The notes under the pieces: model-generated
The model's input: only the letters and a program-made list of their open reading frames with translations
Databases searched by the model: none
What the model was told of the DNA's origin: nothing
Shown: positions 46,267 through 57,400 of the stretch, piece after piece
Layout of the letters: each line of letters begins with the position of its first letter
How positions within the stretch are numbered: the stretch's first letter is position 1
Made by a program: the position numbers and the translations under genes
Source: Escherichia coli
GTDB taxonomy: Bacteria; Pseudomonadota; Gammaproteobacteria; Enterobacterales; Enterobacteriaceae
NCBI RefSeq assembly: GCF_050920415.1
Contig: NZ_CP169309.1
Direction: 5' to 3' (one strand)
Length of the DNA: 64,000 bases

Positions 46267-46806
46267 TTACTGATAGGTTAAAGAGAACCAGGCCTGAGCA
46301 TTGGCGATGCCGCCAGTAACCCGACGCCCGGTAGCACGATATTTGGCGATGAAATGTAACGAAGTAGAGCCTGAGTAAAGCCGTTTCCAGTTTGCTGGAG
46401 GACGATTAATCGGTACAAGGTTTCCTTCATCATCAAACAACGCTACGCCAATATTGGTGGCAATCCCTGGCCCCTCTCCCACGGAAAGCACATCCGGATT
46501 TTTACCATCCGCGACACCGTGAAACGCCACACCCACACGTTCACTCACCACCGTGCTACATTCCCGTAAATGAATAACAAAAGGCACCGGTGCGCTATCT
46601 TCCCCAACCGCATGAAACCGGTTACTGCTGATTTGCCCCATATTGACCGTCATTTGTTTATCACCAGCTTCAATCCGGCAAGCTTCTGCAATAATGACGC
46701 CCTGAAATTGCATATTTCCGCCGGGCAACGTGGTGTTCCATTTATTTCCGGCCAGAGCAAACATTGGCAGCAACGACGCTAATAGAAATAATCTCTTCCT
46801 TTTCAT
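46267..46806 (-). CDS. fimI: Fimbrin-like protein FimI
   Basis: 179 aa from [19 protein letters not shown]; the longer track ORF (to 46938) overlaps the fimA 3' end. Confidence 0.85.
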   Translation of the reverse strand: MKRKRLFLLASLLPMFALAGNKWNTTLPGGNMQFQGVIIAEACRIEAGDKQMTVNMGQISSNRFHAVGEDSAPVPFVIHLRECSTVVSERVGVAFHGVADGKNPDVLSVGEGPGIATNIGVALFDDEGNLVPINRPPANWKRLYSGSTSLHFIAKYRATGRRVTGGIANAQAWFSLTYQ

Positions 46807-46870
46807 CGTTATTTTTATCGCACAAGGGTGGGCATCCCTGCCCGTAAAGACGTCCCTGAACCTGGGTAGG

Positions 46871-47419
46871 TTATTGATACTGAACCTTGAAGGTCGCATC
46901 CGCATTAGCAGCACCTGGGGTTGCGGCACCGGTTGCAAAGTAACGCGCCTGGAACGGAATGGTGTTAGTACCGTTATTCAGGGTTGTTTGTGCACTAAAT
47001 GTCGCACCGTCCAGCGCCAGCGCAGCACCGGTTCTGTCCAGAATTTGCACACCAACGTTTGTTGCGCTACCTGTAGCAGAACTCTGCAGAGCCAGTACAT
47101 CAGTATGCGTAGCATCAATTGCCGTACCTAAGAAGGCAACAGCGGCTTTTGTAGCAACAGTGGTATCGCAATCATTCAGCTGAATGTTAAAACCAACGGC
47201 AGAGCTGGTTGCTCCAGTCTGCTTCAGGCTAGCGGTACGAACCTGTCCTAACTGAACGGTTTGATCAACAGAGCCTGCATCAACTGCGCAAGCGGCGTTA
47301 ACAACTTCCCCTTTGAAGTGAACGGTCCCACCATTTACCGTCGTAGTATCGGCCAGAGCCGCTGCGGAACTGAGGGACAGAGCCGACAGAACAACGATCG
47401 CCAAAGTTTTAATTTTCAT
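46871..47419 (-). CDS. fimA: Type 1 fimbrial major subunit FimA
   Basis: 182 aa from [23 protein letters not shown]; the track ORF is extended upstream to 47569. Confidence 0.95.
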   Translation of the reverse strand: MKIKTLAIVVLSALSLSSAAALADTTTVNGGTVHFKGEVVNAACAVDAGSVDQTVQLGQVRTASLKQTGATSSAVGFNIQLNDCDTTVATKAAVAFLGTAIDATHTDVLALQSSATGSATNVGVQILDRTGAALALDGATFSAQTTLNNGTNTIPFQARYFATGAATPGAANADATFKVQYQ

Positions 47420-47537
47420 GCTGCTTTCCTTTAAAAAAACTGTTTCTAAATCGACATGGGCAGTCGTTCTGTACACTTTGTTTTGAAACGAATTGGACTG
47501 CCAACACTGCACAGTTCTTCCCCAAAAGATGAAACAT

Positions 47538-47851
47538 TTGGGGCCATTTTGACTCATAGAGGAAAGCATTACGCACGAACTTTCTTAGTTTATTATTTGG
47601 ATTTATATTCTATTAATACATTCTTTTATAGATTTTCATATTGAACACGGTGGTTTTTGGAGAGATGAATGAGGAAGTTGCTTCGAGACACAGAAACGTT
47701 AACTTTACCTATAGCGGAGGTGATGTGAAATTAATTTATAAGAGAAACAATTTACATATCAAACAGTTAGTTGCTTTATATCGTTTTTTTATATTTTTAT
47801 GCTTGAGAACAAATACAAAACTTTTTTATGATATGGACAGTTTGGCCCCAA
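47538..47851. promoter_or_regulatory. fimS: fimS invertible phase-variation switch (314 bp, 9-bp inverted repeats), apparently in OFF orientation
   Basis: TTGGGGCCA at 47538-47546 and its inverse TGGCCCCAA at 47843-47851 are exactly 314 bp apart. Inside, a sigma70-like promoter (TTGAGA, 18 bp, TATGATA at 47827-47833) reads on the + strand toward fimE, away from fimA. Confidence 0.75.
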
Positions 47852-47898
47852 TTGTCTTATATTTCTTTATCTTTTCATATTATTATCAATAAGTTACA

Positions 47899-48495
47899 TC
47901 AGGCATCTTCTCTTTTTAATTTTTCGTTTATGAGATTATTTCTTTCCCATAATCCGGCAAAACGTGCAGCATTACTGGCGGTATAACGCACAGTATGGCG
48001 AATATTTCGATGCCCGAGATAATCCTGAATTAAACGGGTATCTGCACCACGCTCCGCCAGTTCATAACCGCAAGCATGCCTTAACATATGAGGATGAGTC
48101 TGCGTCACGGTTCCAGCTTCAATACCGGCATCGCGAATAATGCGATAGGCCTGCTGGCGAGAAAGTCGACTCCCGCGGCGAGAAATAAATATGGCGTCGG
48201 TCTGGTCAGCGCCTTTCCAGTTAGTACGTTCCTGGGTCCAGCGCTCCACAGCTTCACGCTCATCAAAACGTAACGGGTGAACGGTAGAAAATCCGTTCTT
48301 CAGTCGGCGGATATTTATTCGACCTTCGTTAAGGTCAAGATCCTGATAATGCAGATCAAGCAGTTCACTAATACGCATCCCATGCCGATATGCCAACAAA
48401 ATTAGGCAATAATCTCTGGCTCCCGTTGCCCCGTAACAAACCGCCTGCATCATGTCCTGAACTTCTTTACCGGTAAGATAACGACGTTTACTCAC
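47899..48495 (-). CDS. fimE: Tyrosine recombinase FimE (ON-to-OFF switching)
   Basis: 198-aa tyrosine recombinase next to fimS. Confidence 0.95.
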   Translation of the reverse strand: MSKRRYLTGKEVQDMMQAVCYGATGARDYCLILLAYRHGMRISELLDLHYQDLDLNEGRINIRRLKNGFSTVHPLRFDEREAVERWTQERTNWKGADQTDAIFISRRGSRLSRQQAYRIIRDAGIEAGTVTQTHPHMLRHACGYELAERGADTRLIQDYLGHRNIRHTVRYTASNAARFAGLWERNNLINEKLKREDA

Positions 48496-48972
48496 AATAG
48501 TAGTACTCCTGACTGAGATATATTTGAATGAATACCTATAGGAAACCTCGATCGGTTAAAATTAGCCCAATAGATAAAAAGATAACCACACAGGAAGTTA
48601 TGTGGCTATCAGTCAATTACATTAAATATCATACAAAAATAAAATATCACTGATGTGACAACATCTATTTTCATTGATTTGATTCAATATAACAATAGAT
48701 TGCAGCGGATTAACTTCCAGTTGCTTAAAAAATAAAGAAAAAAGTGCAGAAACAGGAGAACTTGAGTGATGTGTAAATTTATGAATGATTTTGTTTATTT
48801 ATTTTGAAGAACATAAACCATTGTATTTTGTATGGATATGGTTAACTTAATGTTTATTATGATAATTAAGGATCACACTTACAATAACATCAATTAATAA
48901 ATGGTTAATCATTTTTGATATATCGTAAGAATAATGTATTTTTTAACACCATCCCTGGTATCTCATCTATCT

Positions 48973-49575
48973 CTATAAAACAGCGTGATGCTGTCGTCCT
49001 CTGGCTCTATCCCAGATGCCGTAAAAACGCCCTGCATTGCTGGCGGTATACCAGACAGTATGACGAATATTGCGATGCCCAAGATAATCCTGGATAAGTC
49101 GTGTATCTATTCCCATATTCGCCAAAGCAAAACCACACGAATGGCGTAACATATGCGGATGAATCTCCAGTGATAACCCAGCATTACCACCAGAAGTCGA
49201 GATAATATGGTAAAACTGTTGCCGAGAAAGCGGGTTCCCCTTACGTGATAAAAATACCCACTCGCTCTCAGCATGCGGATAAGAAGTACGTATACTCAAC
49301 CAGTTTTTTAAAGCCTGAACTTCTTTGTTCAATAGCGGGTGCGTTGTTGAAAAGCCTTTTTTTAATCGATGGATATATATACACTTTGCCTTAAGATCAA
49401 TATCCGAAATCCTCAATCGACAAATTTCACTCGCCCGGAAACCATGAATAAAACAAAGCAAAGTCAGACAATAATTACGTGCTGCATGAGGCCCGGTATT
49501 TGCTGCTTTAAGGAGTGACTCGATTTCACTATGGGTCAGGAAGTTCCTTTTTTTGTTATCAGCCTTATTCTTCAT
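48973..49575 (-). CDS. fimB: Tyrosine recombinase FimB (bidirectional switching)
   Basis: 200-aa tyrosine recombinase, paralogous to fimE. Confidence 0.95.
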   Translation of the reverse strand: MKNKADNKKRNFLTHSEIESLLKAANTGPHAARNYCLTLLCFIHGFRASEICRLRISDIDLKAKCIYIHRLKKGFSTTHPLLNKEVQALKNWLSIRTSYPHAESEWVFLSRKGNPLSRQQFYHIISTSGGNAGLSLEIHPHMLRHSCGFALANMGIDTRLIQDYLGHRNIRHTVWYTASNAGRFYGIWDRARGRQHHAVL

Positions 49576-50598
49576 CGTTTTCCCTTATAATTACAGACGC
49601 GCACTAGCTGTGCTGGGTTAGCAATAATCCAACATTTTAATCCTGATTATGTTTATAAAAGCGAACGTTTGCTTAATAACTAACGTAAGTGGACCAGTTC
49701 TTCTGAGTGAACTTAAATGGAGTAGCGATAGTTACTTATAATAACTTTGCCATACAAACGCCATGCTCTTGCATGCTATGTACCTTTATATATTTATCAA
49801 TCTGATACGAATCTAATAATAACCCTCATCATTAATGCAACTAATCTTATCTATATATCATGTGATATGTTCTGTAACAAGTAAAATCAACATAAAAAAT
49901 TCAGCAAAATTTAATATTCGTTCAACTAGCCGTCTCACATATGACATTATTAGTCAACTGCATTTGCCACAAGATGGCTATTTCATGGAACGCAGTAATT
50001 TCTTAGCGTCTATTATCATGCTAATTCTTAGGTCCCTAGCGATTATTCCAGCCTGGTTCGTCAGCTTACGCCATGAGATTGCTACATTCCTTTTTATCAT
50101 GGAGATATGGGGGAAAGCAGGCGACGCTTTTTCATCTACATTCATTGGTAAATATGGCTTTGGTCACTACGCCTTAAACCTTCTTCAATCACAGCTATTC
50201 GCCGGGCGATACGGCAAACAAACTAAGTGAAGCATCATCCTGAAAACACCAATGCGTACTGAACATCAACAAGCCTCTCCTGATCGACTTCAGAAGTGAC
50301 CAGTTACAAGCCACAAACCTGGAAACATATTTCATGATGAGAATTATGCTCAGCCTGATGGCGGGTAAACACTTATTTTCACCACGCTCACTGAGTTAGC
50401 CAGCAAAGGCCTCTTGTTTAGAGAGCAAATAAATTACATATAAAACAAATAGTTAATCAAATATCTTTGATTTGTGAAGGCCATCGTAAGTGTTCGTCTG
50501 ACTTCACATGGCATCTTCTTCATAGAAAAATATAGACATATTTTGTGACACGAATTGCAAATCTGGTTTTGTTATATGGATTGTGTGATTTTTGATCT

Positions 50599-50621
50599 GG
50601 TATAACAGGTATAAAGGTGTA
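50599..50621 (+). promoter_or_regulatory. Candidate NanR operator (GGTATA-type hexamer repeats)
   Basis: GGTATAACAGGTATAAAGGTGTA: three GGTATA-like hexamers at roughly 8-9 bp spacing in the long fimB-nanC intergenic region, upstream of nanC. Confidence 0.5.
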
Positions 50622-51002
50622 CCGCAGTAGTCAATGAGACTGAGCATCTCGCAATCTATGACAAACATCACTTCAGTCTGAAAGGAATATGAAAATGAGA
50701 TCAACAGACACTCTATTTTATGACTCTGGATAAAATGGATTGAGTAAGTGATATAGCTTACGAACATTCAAATCAATTAAACATCAGAAGAGATTTTATA
50801 CTCAGGTATTTAATCTGGTTCTCTGTTTATTTAAATAATGTGGAAGATAATTTTCACAGGAGACCTTATACAAAAAATATAAAATACAGCTACCAGTTAC
50901 CAAAGACACTATAAGCCTGGCAAAAAATATTACACAACATAAATGCTAATTGTTTATGCGGGCTTTGTATTGCTTTCTGTATCCTACAAATGAGTGAAAT
51001 TT

Positions 51003-51719
51003 ATGAAAAAGGCTAAAATACTTTCTGGCGTATTATTACTGTGCTTTTCGTCACCATTAATTTCTCAAGCTGCGACACTAGACGTACGTGGTGGATATCG
51101 TAGTGGAAGCCACGCCTATGAGACTCGACTCAAAGTCAGTGAGGGATGGCAAAATGGATGGTGGGCAAGTATGGAAAGTAATACCTGGAATACCATTCAT
51201 GATAATAAAAAGGAAAATGCCGCACTCAATGATGTTCAGGTTGAAGTTAATTACGCGATTAAACTTGATGATCAATGGACGGTGCGCCCGGGAATGTTAA
51301 CGCATTTTAGCAGCAACGGCACACGCTACGGACCCTACGTAAAACTGTCCTGGGACGCGACAAAAGATCTTAATTTTGGCATTCGCTATCGTTACGACTG
51401 GAAAGCTTACCGACAACAAGACTTATCCGGTGAGATGTCTCGTGATAACGTTCATCGTTGGGATGGATATGTCACTTACCATATTAATAGTGATTTCACC
51501 TTCGCATGGCAAACGACGCTATACAGCAAACAAAACGATTATCGCTATGCAAACCATAAGAAATGGGCGACGGAAAATGCATTTGTTCTACAATACCATA
51601 TGACGCCTGATATTACGCCATACATAGAATATGACTACCTTGACCGTCAGGGTGTTTATAACGGCAGAGATAATTTATCAGAAAACAGTTATCGCATTGG
51701 TGTGTCATTTAAACTGTAG
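51003..51719 (+). CDS. nanC: N-acetylneuraminic acid outer-membrane channel NanC (KdgM family)
   Basis: About 238 aa from MKKAKILSGVLLLCFSSPLISQA, with signal peptide. Confidence 0.9.
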   Translation: MKKAKILSGVLLLCFSSPLISQAATLDVRGGYRSGSHAYETRLKVSEGWQNGWWASMESNTWNTIHDNKKENAALNDVQVEVNYAIKLDDQWTVRPGMLTHFSSNGTRYGPYVKLSWDATKDLNFGIRYRYDWKAYRQQDLSGEMSRDNVHRWDGYVTYHINSDFTFAWQTTLYSKQNDYRYANHKKWATENAFVLQYHMTPDITPYIEYDYLDRQGVYNGRDNLSENSYRIGVSFKL

Positions 51720-51738
51720 TAGACAGGAGACAGTCACA

Positions 51739-52845
51739 ATGAATAAAACAATAACGGCGCTTGCTATCATGATGGCTTCATTTGCCGCAAACGCGTCTGT
51801 ATTACCGGAAACTCCGGTGCCATTTAAAAGTGGTACCGGAGCAATTGATAACGACACTGTCTACATTGGTTTAGGTAGCGCAGGTACGGCATGGTACAAG
51901 CTGGATACACAGGCCAAAGATAAAAAATGGATAGCGTTAGCTGCATTCCCTGATGGGGCGAGAGATCAAGCAACCTCTGCATTTATTGATGGCAATCTGT
52001 ACGTATTTGGCGGCATTGGCAAAAACAGCGAAGGCTTGACTCAGGTATTTAATGACGTACACAAATACAACCCCAAAACCAATAGCTGGGTTAAATTGAT
52101 GTCGCACGCGCCGATGGGCATGGCGGGCCATGTGACTTTTGTACACAACGGCAAGGCTTATGTTACTGGCGGTGTTAACCAGAATATCTTCAATGGCTAT
52201 TTTGAAGATCTCAACGAAGCTGGAAAAGATTCAACCGCTATAGATAAAATCAACGCCCACTATTTTGACAAAAAAGCAGAAGATTATTTCTTCAATAAGT
52301 TTCTGTTGTCTTTTGATCCCTCAACACAGCAATGGAGTTACGCTGGCGAATCTCCCTGGTACGGGACGGCTGGTGCAGCGGTTGTGAATAAAGGCGATAA
52401 AACCTGGCTTATTAATGGTGAAGCCAAACCAGGACTACGAACGGATGCCGTATTTGAACTTGATTTCACCGGTAATAATTTGAAATGGAATAAACTTGCT
52501 CCCGTCTCATCACCAGATGGCGTCGCTGGCGGTTTTGCAGGCATGAGCAATGACTCACTTATATTTGCCGGAGGGGCCGGATTCAAAGGTTCACGGGAAA
52601 ATTACCAAAACGGTAAGAACTATGCGCATGAAGGCCTGAAAAAATCATATAGCGCTGATATTCATCTTTGGCATAACGGGAAATGGGATAAATCGGGCGA
52701 ATTATCGCAAGGTCGGGCCTACGGAGTATCATTGCCCTGGAATAATAGTTTATTGATTATTGGCGGTGAAACTGCAGGCGGCAAAGCGGTAACGGATTCA
52801 GTATTGATCTCTGTGAAGGATAATAAAGTCACAGTGCAAAACTAA
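51739..52845 (+). CDS. nanM: N-acetylneuraminate mutarotase NanM (Kelch-repeat beta-propeller)
   Basis: 368 aa from MNKTITALAIMMASFAANA; the track ORF extends upstream into nanC. Confidence 0.9.
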   Translation: MNKTITALAIMMASFAANASVLPETPVPFKSGTGAIDNDTVYIGLGSAGTAWYKLDTQAKDKKWIALAAFPDGARDQATSAFIDGNLYVFGGIGKNSEGLTQVFNDVHKYNPKTNSWVKLMSHAPMGMAGHVTFVHNGKAYVTGGVNQNIFNGYFEDLNEAGKDSTAIDKINAHYFDKKAEDYFFNKFLLSFDPSTQQWSYAGESPWYGTAGAAVVNKGDKTWLINGEAKPGLRTDAVFELDFTGNNLKWNKLAPVSSPDGVAGGFAGMSNDSLIFAGGAGFKGSRENYQNGKNYAHEGLKKSYSADIHLWHNGKWDKSGELSQGRAYGVSLPWNNSLLIIGGETAGGKAVTDSVLISVKDNKVTVQN

Positions 52846-52909
52846 CGCTTCAGGGCCCCAGTAAAGGGGCCCTACTATCAATTTATCATTTCAATTACGC
52901 GAAAATTAT

Positions 52910-53890
52910 ATGAACGCAATAATATCGCCCGATTATTACTATGTTCTTACCGTTGCTGGTCTGTCTAATGCCATGGCGTATGGCGAAGGACTGCCATTAC
53001 CGGACAGGGAAGATACGCCTCATCCCAGAATTAAACAATTAGCGAGATTTGCGCATACGCATCCCGGAGGCCCGTCATGTCACTTTAACGACATTATTCC
53101 ACTGACTCACTGCCCACACGATGTTCAGGATATGCAGGGTTATCACCATCCTCTGGCAACGAATCATCAAACACAGTACGGCACCGTTGGCCAGGCTCTG
53201 CATATTGCACGGAAATTACAGCCCTTTATTCCTGATAACGCGGGGGTTCTCATCGTTCCATGTTGCCGTGGCGGATCGGCTTTTACTGCGGGCAGCGAAG
53301 GGACATATTCAGAACGGCACGGAGCCAGCCATGATGCTTGTCGTTGGGGAACGGATACCCCTCTATACCAGGATTTAGTCAGCAGAACGCGAGCCGCACT
53401 GGCAAAAAATCCGCATAACAAATTCCTCGGCGTATGCTGGATGCAAGGCGAATTTGACTTAATGACAAGTGACTACGCGTCACACCCTCAACACTTTAAT
53501 CATATGGTTGAAGCCTTTCGTAGGGATCTAAAACAATACCATTCTCAGCTTAATAATATTACTGGCGCGCCGTGGTTTTGCGGCGATACCACCTGGTACT
53601 GGAAAGAAAGTTTCCCTCATGCGTATGAAGCTATTTATGGCAATTATCAAAATAATATTTTAGCCAATATTATTTTCATCGACTTCCAGCAACAAGGTGA
53701 AAGAGGGCTGACGAACGCGCCTGATGAAGATCCGGACGATTTAAGCACGGGATATTTCGGTTCAGCGTACCGGTCACCGGAGAACTGGACGACGGCACTG
53801 CGAAGCAGTCATTTCAGCGCGGCAGCCCGTCGGGGGATTATTTCTGACAGGTTTGTAGAAGCAATTTTGCAGTTTTGGAGCGAAAGGTGA
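52910..53890 (+). CDS. nanS: 9-O-acetyl-N-acetylneuraminate esterase NanS
   Basis: 326-aa ORF recognised as NanS/YjhS. Confidence 0.85.
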   Translation: MNAIISPDYYYVLTVAGLSNAMAYGEGLPLPDREDTPHPRIKQLARFAHTHPGGPSCHFNDIIPLTHCPHDVQDMQGYHHPLATNHQTQYGTVGQALHIARKLQPFIPDNAGVLIVPCCRGGSAFTAGSEGTYSERHGASHDACRWGTDTPLYQDLVSRTRAALAKNPHNKFLGVCWMQGEFDLMTSDYASHPQHFNHMVEAFRRDLKQYHSQLNNITGAPWFCGDTTWYWKESFPHAYEAIYGNYQNNILANIIFIDFQQQGERGLTNAPDEDPDDLSTGYFGSAYRSPENWTTALRSSHFSAAARRGIISDRFVEAILQFWSER

Positions 53891-54472
53891 GCGGGGAGTT
53901 TATTCATGGGGGATGTCCTTGTCCGTTCCCAAAACAGGCAACAAAAAACAAATGAGATCAAGGTAATATCTCTTCACTTGCAGGCTCGAACAGCAGGCAA
54001 TTGCCAATATAATAATCTGGCACAAGGGTGAAAAACGCGCACCGCATAAACCGTTGTTATTGCTTAAAGATTAGCCGGATGCCTTAATAGACATCCGCGC
54101 CTTTTCGATTATGGCTCGGAAATCTACGAACCTCTGCACAGTTTACTGGAACGTTTTGGACCACAGCGTTCACAGTACCGACCTGATATGCCGTTCTGGC
54201 GATTATAAGGCGACGGATTCTGGCAAATAGACGATGATAATATGCTTAATGATGTTCAAAGAAATTAGGCCATCATTATATTATTGCTTGCATTTTCTTT
54301 CATTCCCAAAAGCACCCGCCATTAATCCCAGGCGCATTATGCAAAGGAAAATGATTAGGTAAACAATAAGATTTATAATCAGGAAAGGCGACTCGCAATA
54401 AAACGCAAAGTCGCCTTAACATTGGTAAAATATGCCCTTTACTACTCCTGTATCATGAACGGCTCATCACAT

Positions 54473-57400
54473 TTAAAGCTGACGTTGATCCAGACTGCTA
54501 TATATTGCCTTTATTTCATTTTTTACGCTTTCGCCACGGTACACCAAAGACGTATCGTATCGTTGATACTTATCTTCCCGTGCAGCACTGAACCAGTTAA
54601 AAGATCCGACACACAGCAGTTCTTCATCCTCAATCACAATTTTGCTGTGGACACGATTAACCAATTTCGTAGCGATACCCATCTTATTGAGCTTTTCAAC
54701 AGCATCATTCAGCAGATGTTTTTTCTCCTGACGCTTATCATCATCGACATGCGCTATATTGCAGTTTTTATCCGTCACCACAGTAATATCAATGCCCCGG
54801 GAACGGGCCAAAGCCATTGATGCCAGAAATCCCGTTTGCTCCATTTTTTGCCAGGATAACCAAGGGGAAATAATCGTTATTTTCTTTTGAGCTCCGGCAA
54901 GAGTCATGTTCAAAAATTCATCATGCTGCTCCACGCCATGCAGCGTTGAAATTTGTGTATGTGCGGAAATTAAATCCTGTCGTTTATGAAACTCAAATTG
55001 CAACGCATTATTATCTGAAGAAAAGAGATATTTTGCCAATAACCCTCGCGGCGAAAATGCGGGCTGCATCTCGATAAGGTCCATATCGCCAAATACCAGA
55101 AAACTATCTTTAGCGCGTGAGACAGCAACATTGAGGATACTGCTGTTGCTATCAAGAAACCTGCCATCTTCATGTTTTGAGTAGACTGGAGAAAAGAGAA
55201 CAATCGCCCTTTCCGCCCCCTGCAAGGAGTGCACAGTCCCCACTGTCAGTGAACCCTCCTCGTCTTTGCCATTAATTTCCAGCTTACGCAATGACGTTTT
55301 GATAGCATTAACCTGCGCCGAAAATGGCGTCACAACACCAACAACTTTGTACAGTGGTTCCCCGTAATGGCGCTCTATATCATCCTTATGTGCCACCAGC
55401 CATGCTGCTATTGTTTCAGCTTCAAGAGGGTTATAACGGCTCCCCCCATTTGGCTTCATGCCTCTACCATCAATATGTAAATATCCCATTGCGGGGAAAA
55501 TCGTCCCTTTTTCCATCCCTCTTTTAGGCTGCAACTTACCGTGATAGCAAAGTGAGTTACAGTAGCCGATGATGTTATTGAAACAGCGACGATGCTCATA
55601 CAGATACATTCCGCGCTCGAACTTGGGATCATACTGGTAGTGAGAGTTAAACTGGGCTACCTGCATTACGCTGCCAGATGCTGCACTTTTTCCAGACCCA
55701 CACACGTGAGTATATGTATTTATTAACTCTTCCTGAGTGCCACCAGAAATAATATTCTCCTCAAGCATATTGCCCATATCAGTGACGGGTAGACAATTCC
55801 AGATTGGAGCTATTTGCTCCGTATCGCCAATCACCAGCGCTTTCTTCGCCAATGCAAAGGAAGCTGCAGCAACCTCCGGGAGTACCTGCCCGGCTTCATC
55901 GACAATCAGTAAATCAGCAAAGTTATATAAATAATTATTATCCGATGTTCTATCGCCACCAAAAGATTTTCTTCTGTTCATATGGTAAGGCAACATGTAG
56001 CAGGTCATCACCACACAAGGAGTAAGTTTCATTCTTCTTAGCCAACGAGCCTCGGCGATAGTTATCCCGGTAATTCCTTTTTCTTTTTGCAAATTATCTA
56101 TAGCTGCCATATCAATCAGCCAACGCCCCTCCCAATAATGGGTCGCTACCAAGAACGCTGGAAAACGAATCTGAGTATCGGCAAGTTCATCCGCTCCTGA
56201 AAGATTCAATTCATCGTCACCTCTGTAACCCAAAGCATAAGTCAACTCACGCCATTGTTTTGCAGCTTCTATTTCGCGTCGGGCTATATCCTTCGCATAG
56301 TTGATGTTCTGTTGGCACTCATCCTGCTCCTTTTGCGTTTTAGCAATCAAACTATCAATAAATTCATCAATATCTTCGGGATAATTTCCCTGGAACGATG
56401 TCATTCTTGTGCCAAACGTAGAGTCCAGGAAGAGGTTAATCTGGTAATGGCGTTTAGTACGAACAGCAGGAAGCCATGACAAAACCGCATACACTAGCGA
56501 CTCATCAGCACGGTATTGCTGCCACTGCTTTTTACCTCTTGTTAAAAGTGAAATTTCATTGCCAATATTGAGAAGACGTGTGTTTTCGTCCTGAAGATAC
56601 TGGTCGAGATTCTCACTGATGGCTCGCTGTTCATGGCGGATATCATTAAGCCTGCGCCATGTGGGTTCGATTTGCTGAAGTTGAATAAACTGTGAAGTTA
56701 AACGTTCATGCAAAAGCGTCACTACATGCTCTGGTGAATTGCACTCTCCAGCTCCAAACGCCACCTCCGCTTTTTCAAGGTAAAATGCCCGGGCTTTTTC
56801 CAGATATTCCTGGGATTCAACGTGGTTAAAAAAATCTTCAGTCTGGTATTTCTTCGCAGCCTCAACCTGACGGCTTTTAGACGGAAAATAAGCGCCATAG
56901 CTTATTACCTCCGGCAACCAACGACCAGCCATTACGCCAAAACCAGTAGAGAAATCTTTTCCAAAGGCTTCAATAATATTGGTGACGGCCTGATTGTTAG
57001 TTGATGTGGCAATAATTACAGGAGGTTCAGCTTGATTAAGTGCGGCTCTAGTCCATTCGGTGGCGATAATAGAAAGCACCAGCGTAGTTTTACCCGTTCC
57101 CGGAGGACCGTTAACAGCGAGCATATCCCCCTGCTGTTGAGTCAGATAATGGCTCAGGGCATCGCGCTGCGCCACTGCCAGCGGAAACTTATCGCCGGAA
57201 TGCCCCAGACGTTCGCAGAACATAGCATTCTTAGCGAGAAGTGGCTCTAGTGGAACCATTTCATTTGAGGCAAAACGCGTTAATAGAGGAACCTTAACCT
57301 GGCTCATCAGCAGATGGTCATACAAAGGCAGGATATGAACACTGGCCCCTACATGCTGGCTAGCTTTAACAATATAACCGTATCCAGCCCGTTCGTATGG

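Noticed and set aside
47420-47569. N-terminal extensions of fimA (232-aa ORF), uxuA (406 aa), nanM (404 aa), yjiN (470 aa) and ahr (353 aa) in the ORF track
   Set aside because: The recognised protein N-termini (signal peptides or known starts) begin at internal Met codons; the extensions overlap upstream genes or regulatory DNA, including the fim switch.
49835-50230. 131-aa ORF in the fimB-nanC intergenic region
   Set aside because: It lies in a very AT-rich regulatory region with no convincing RBS and low-complexity hydrophobic composition; this region is non-coding in K-12 to my knowledge.
54422-54820. 132-aa plus-strand ORF overlapping the 3' end of the helicase-PLD gene
   Set aside because: Entirely antisense to the conserved PLD-encoding region; no independent support.
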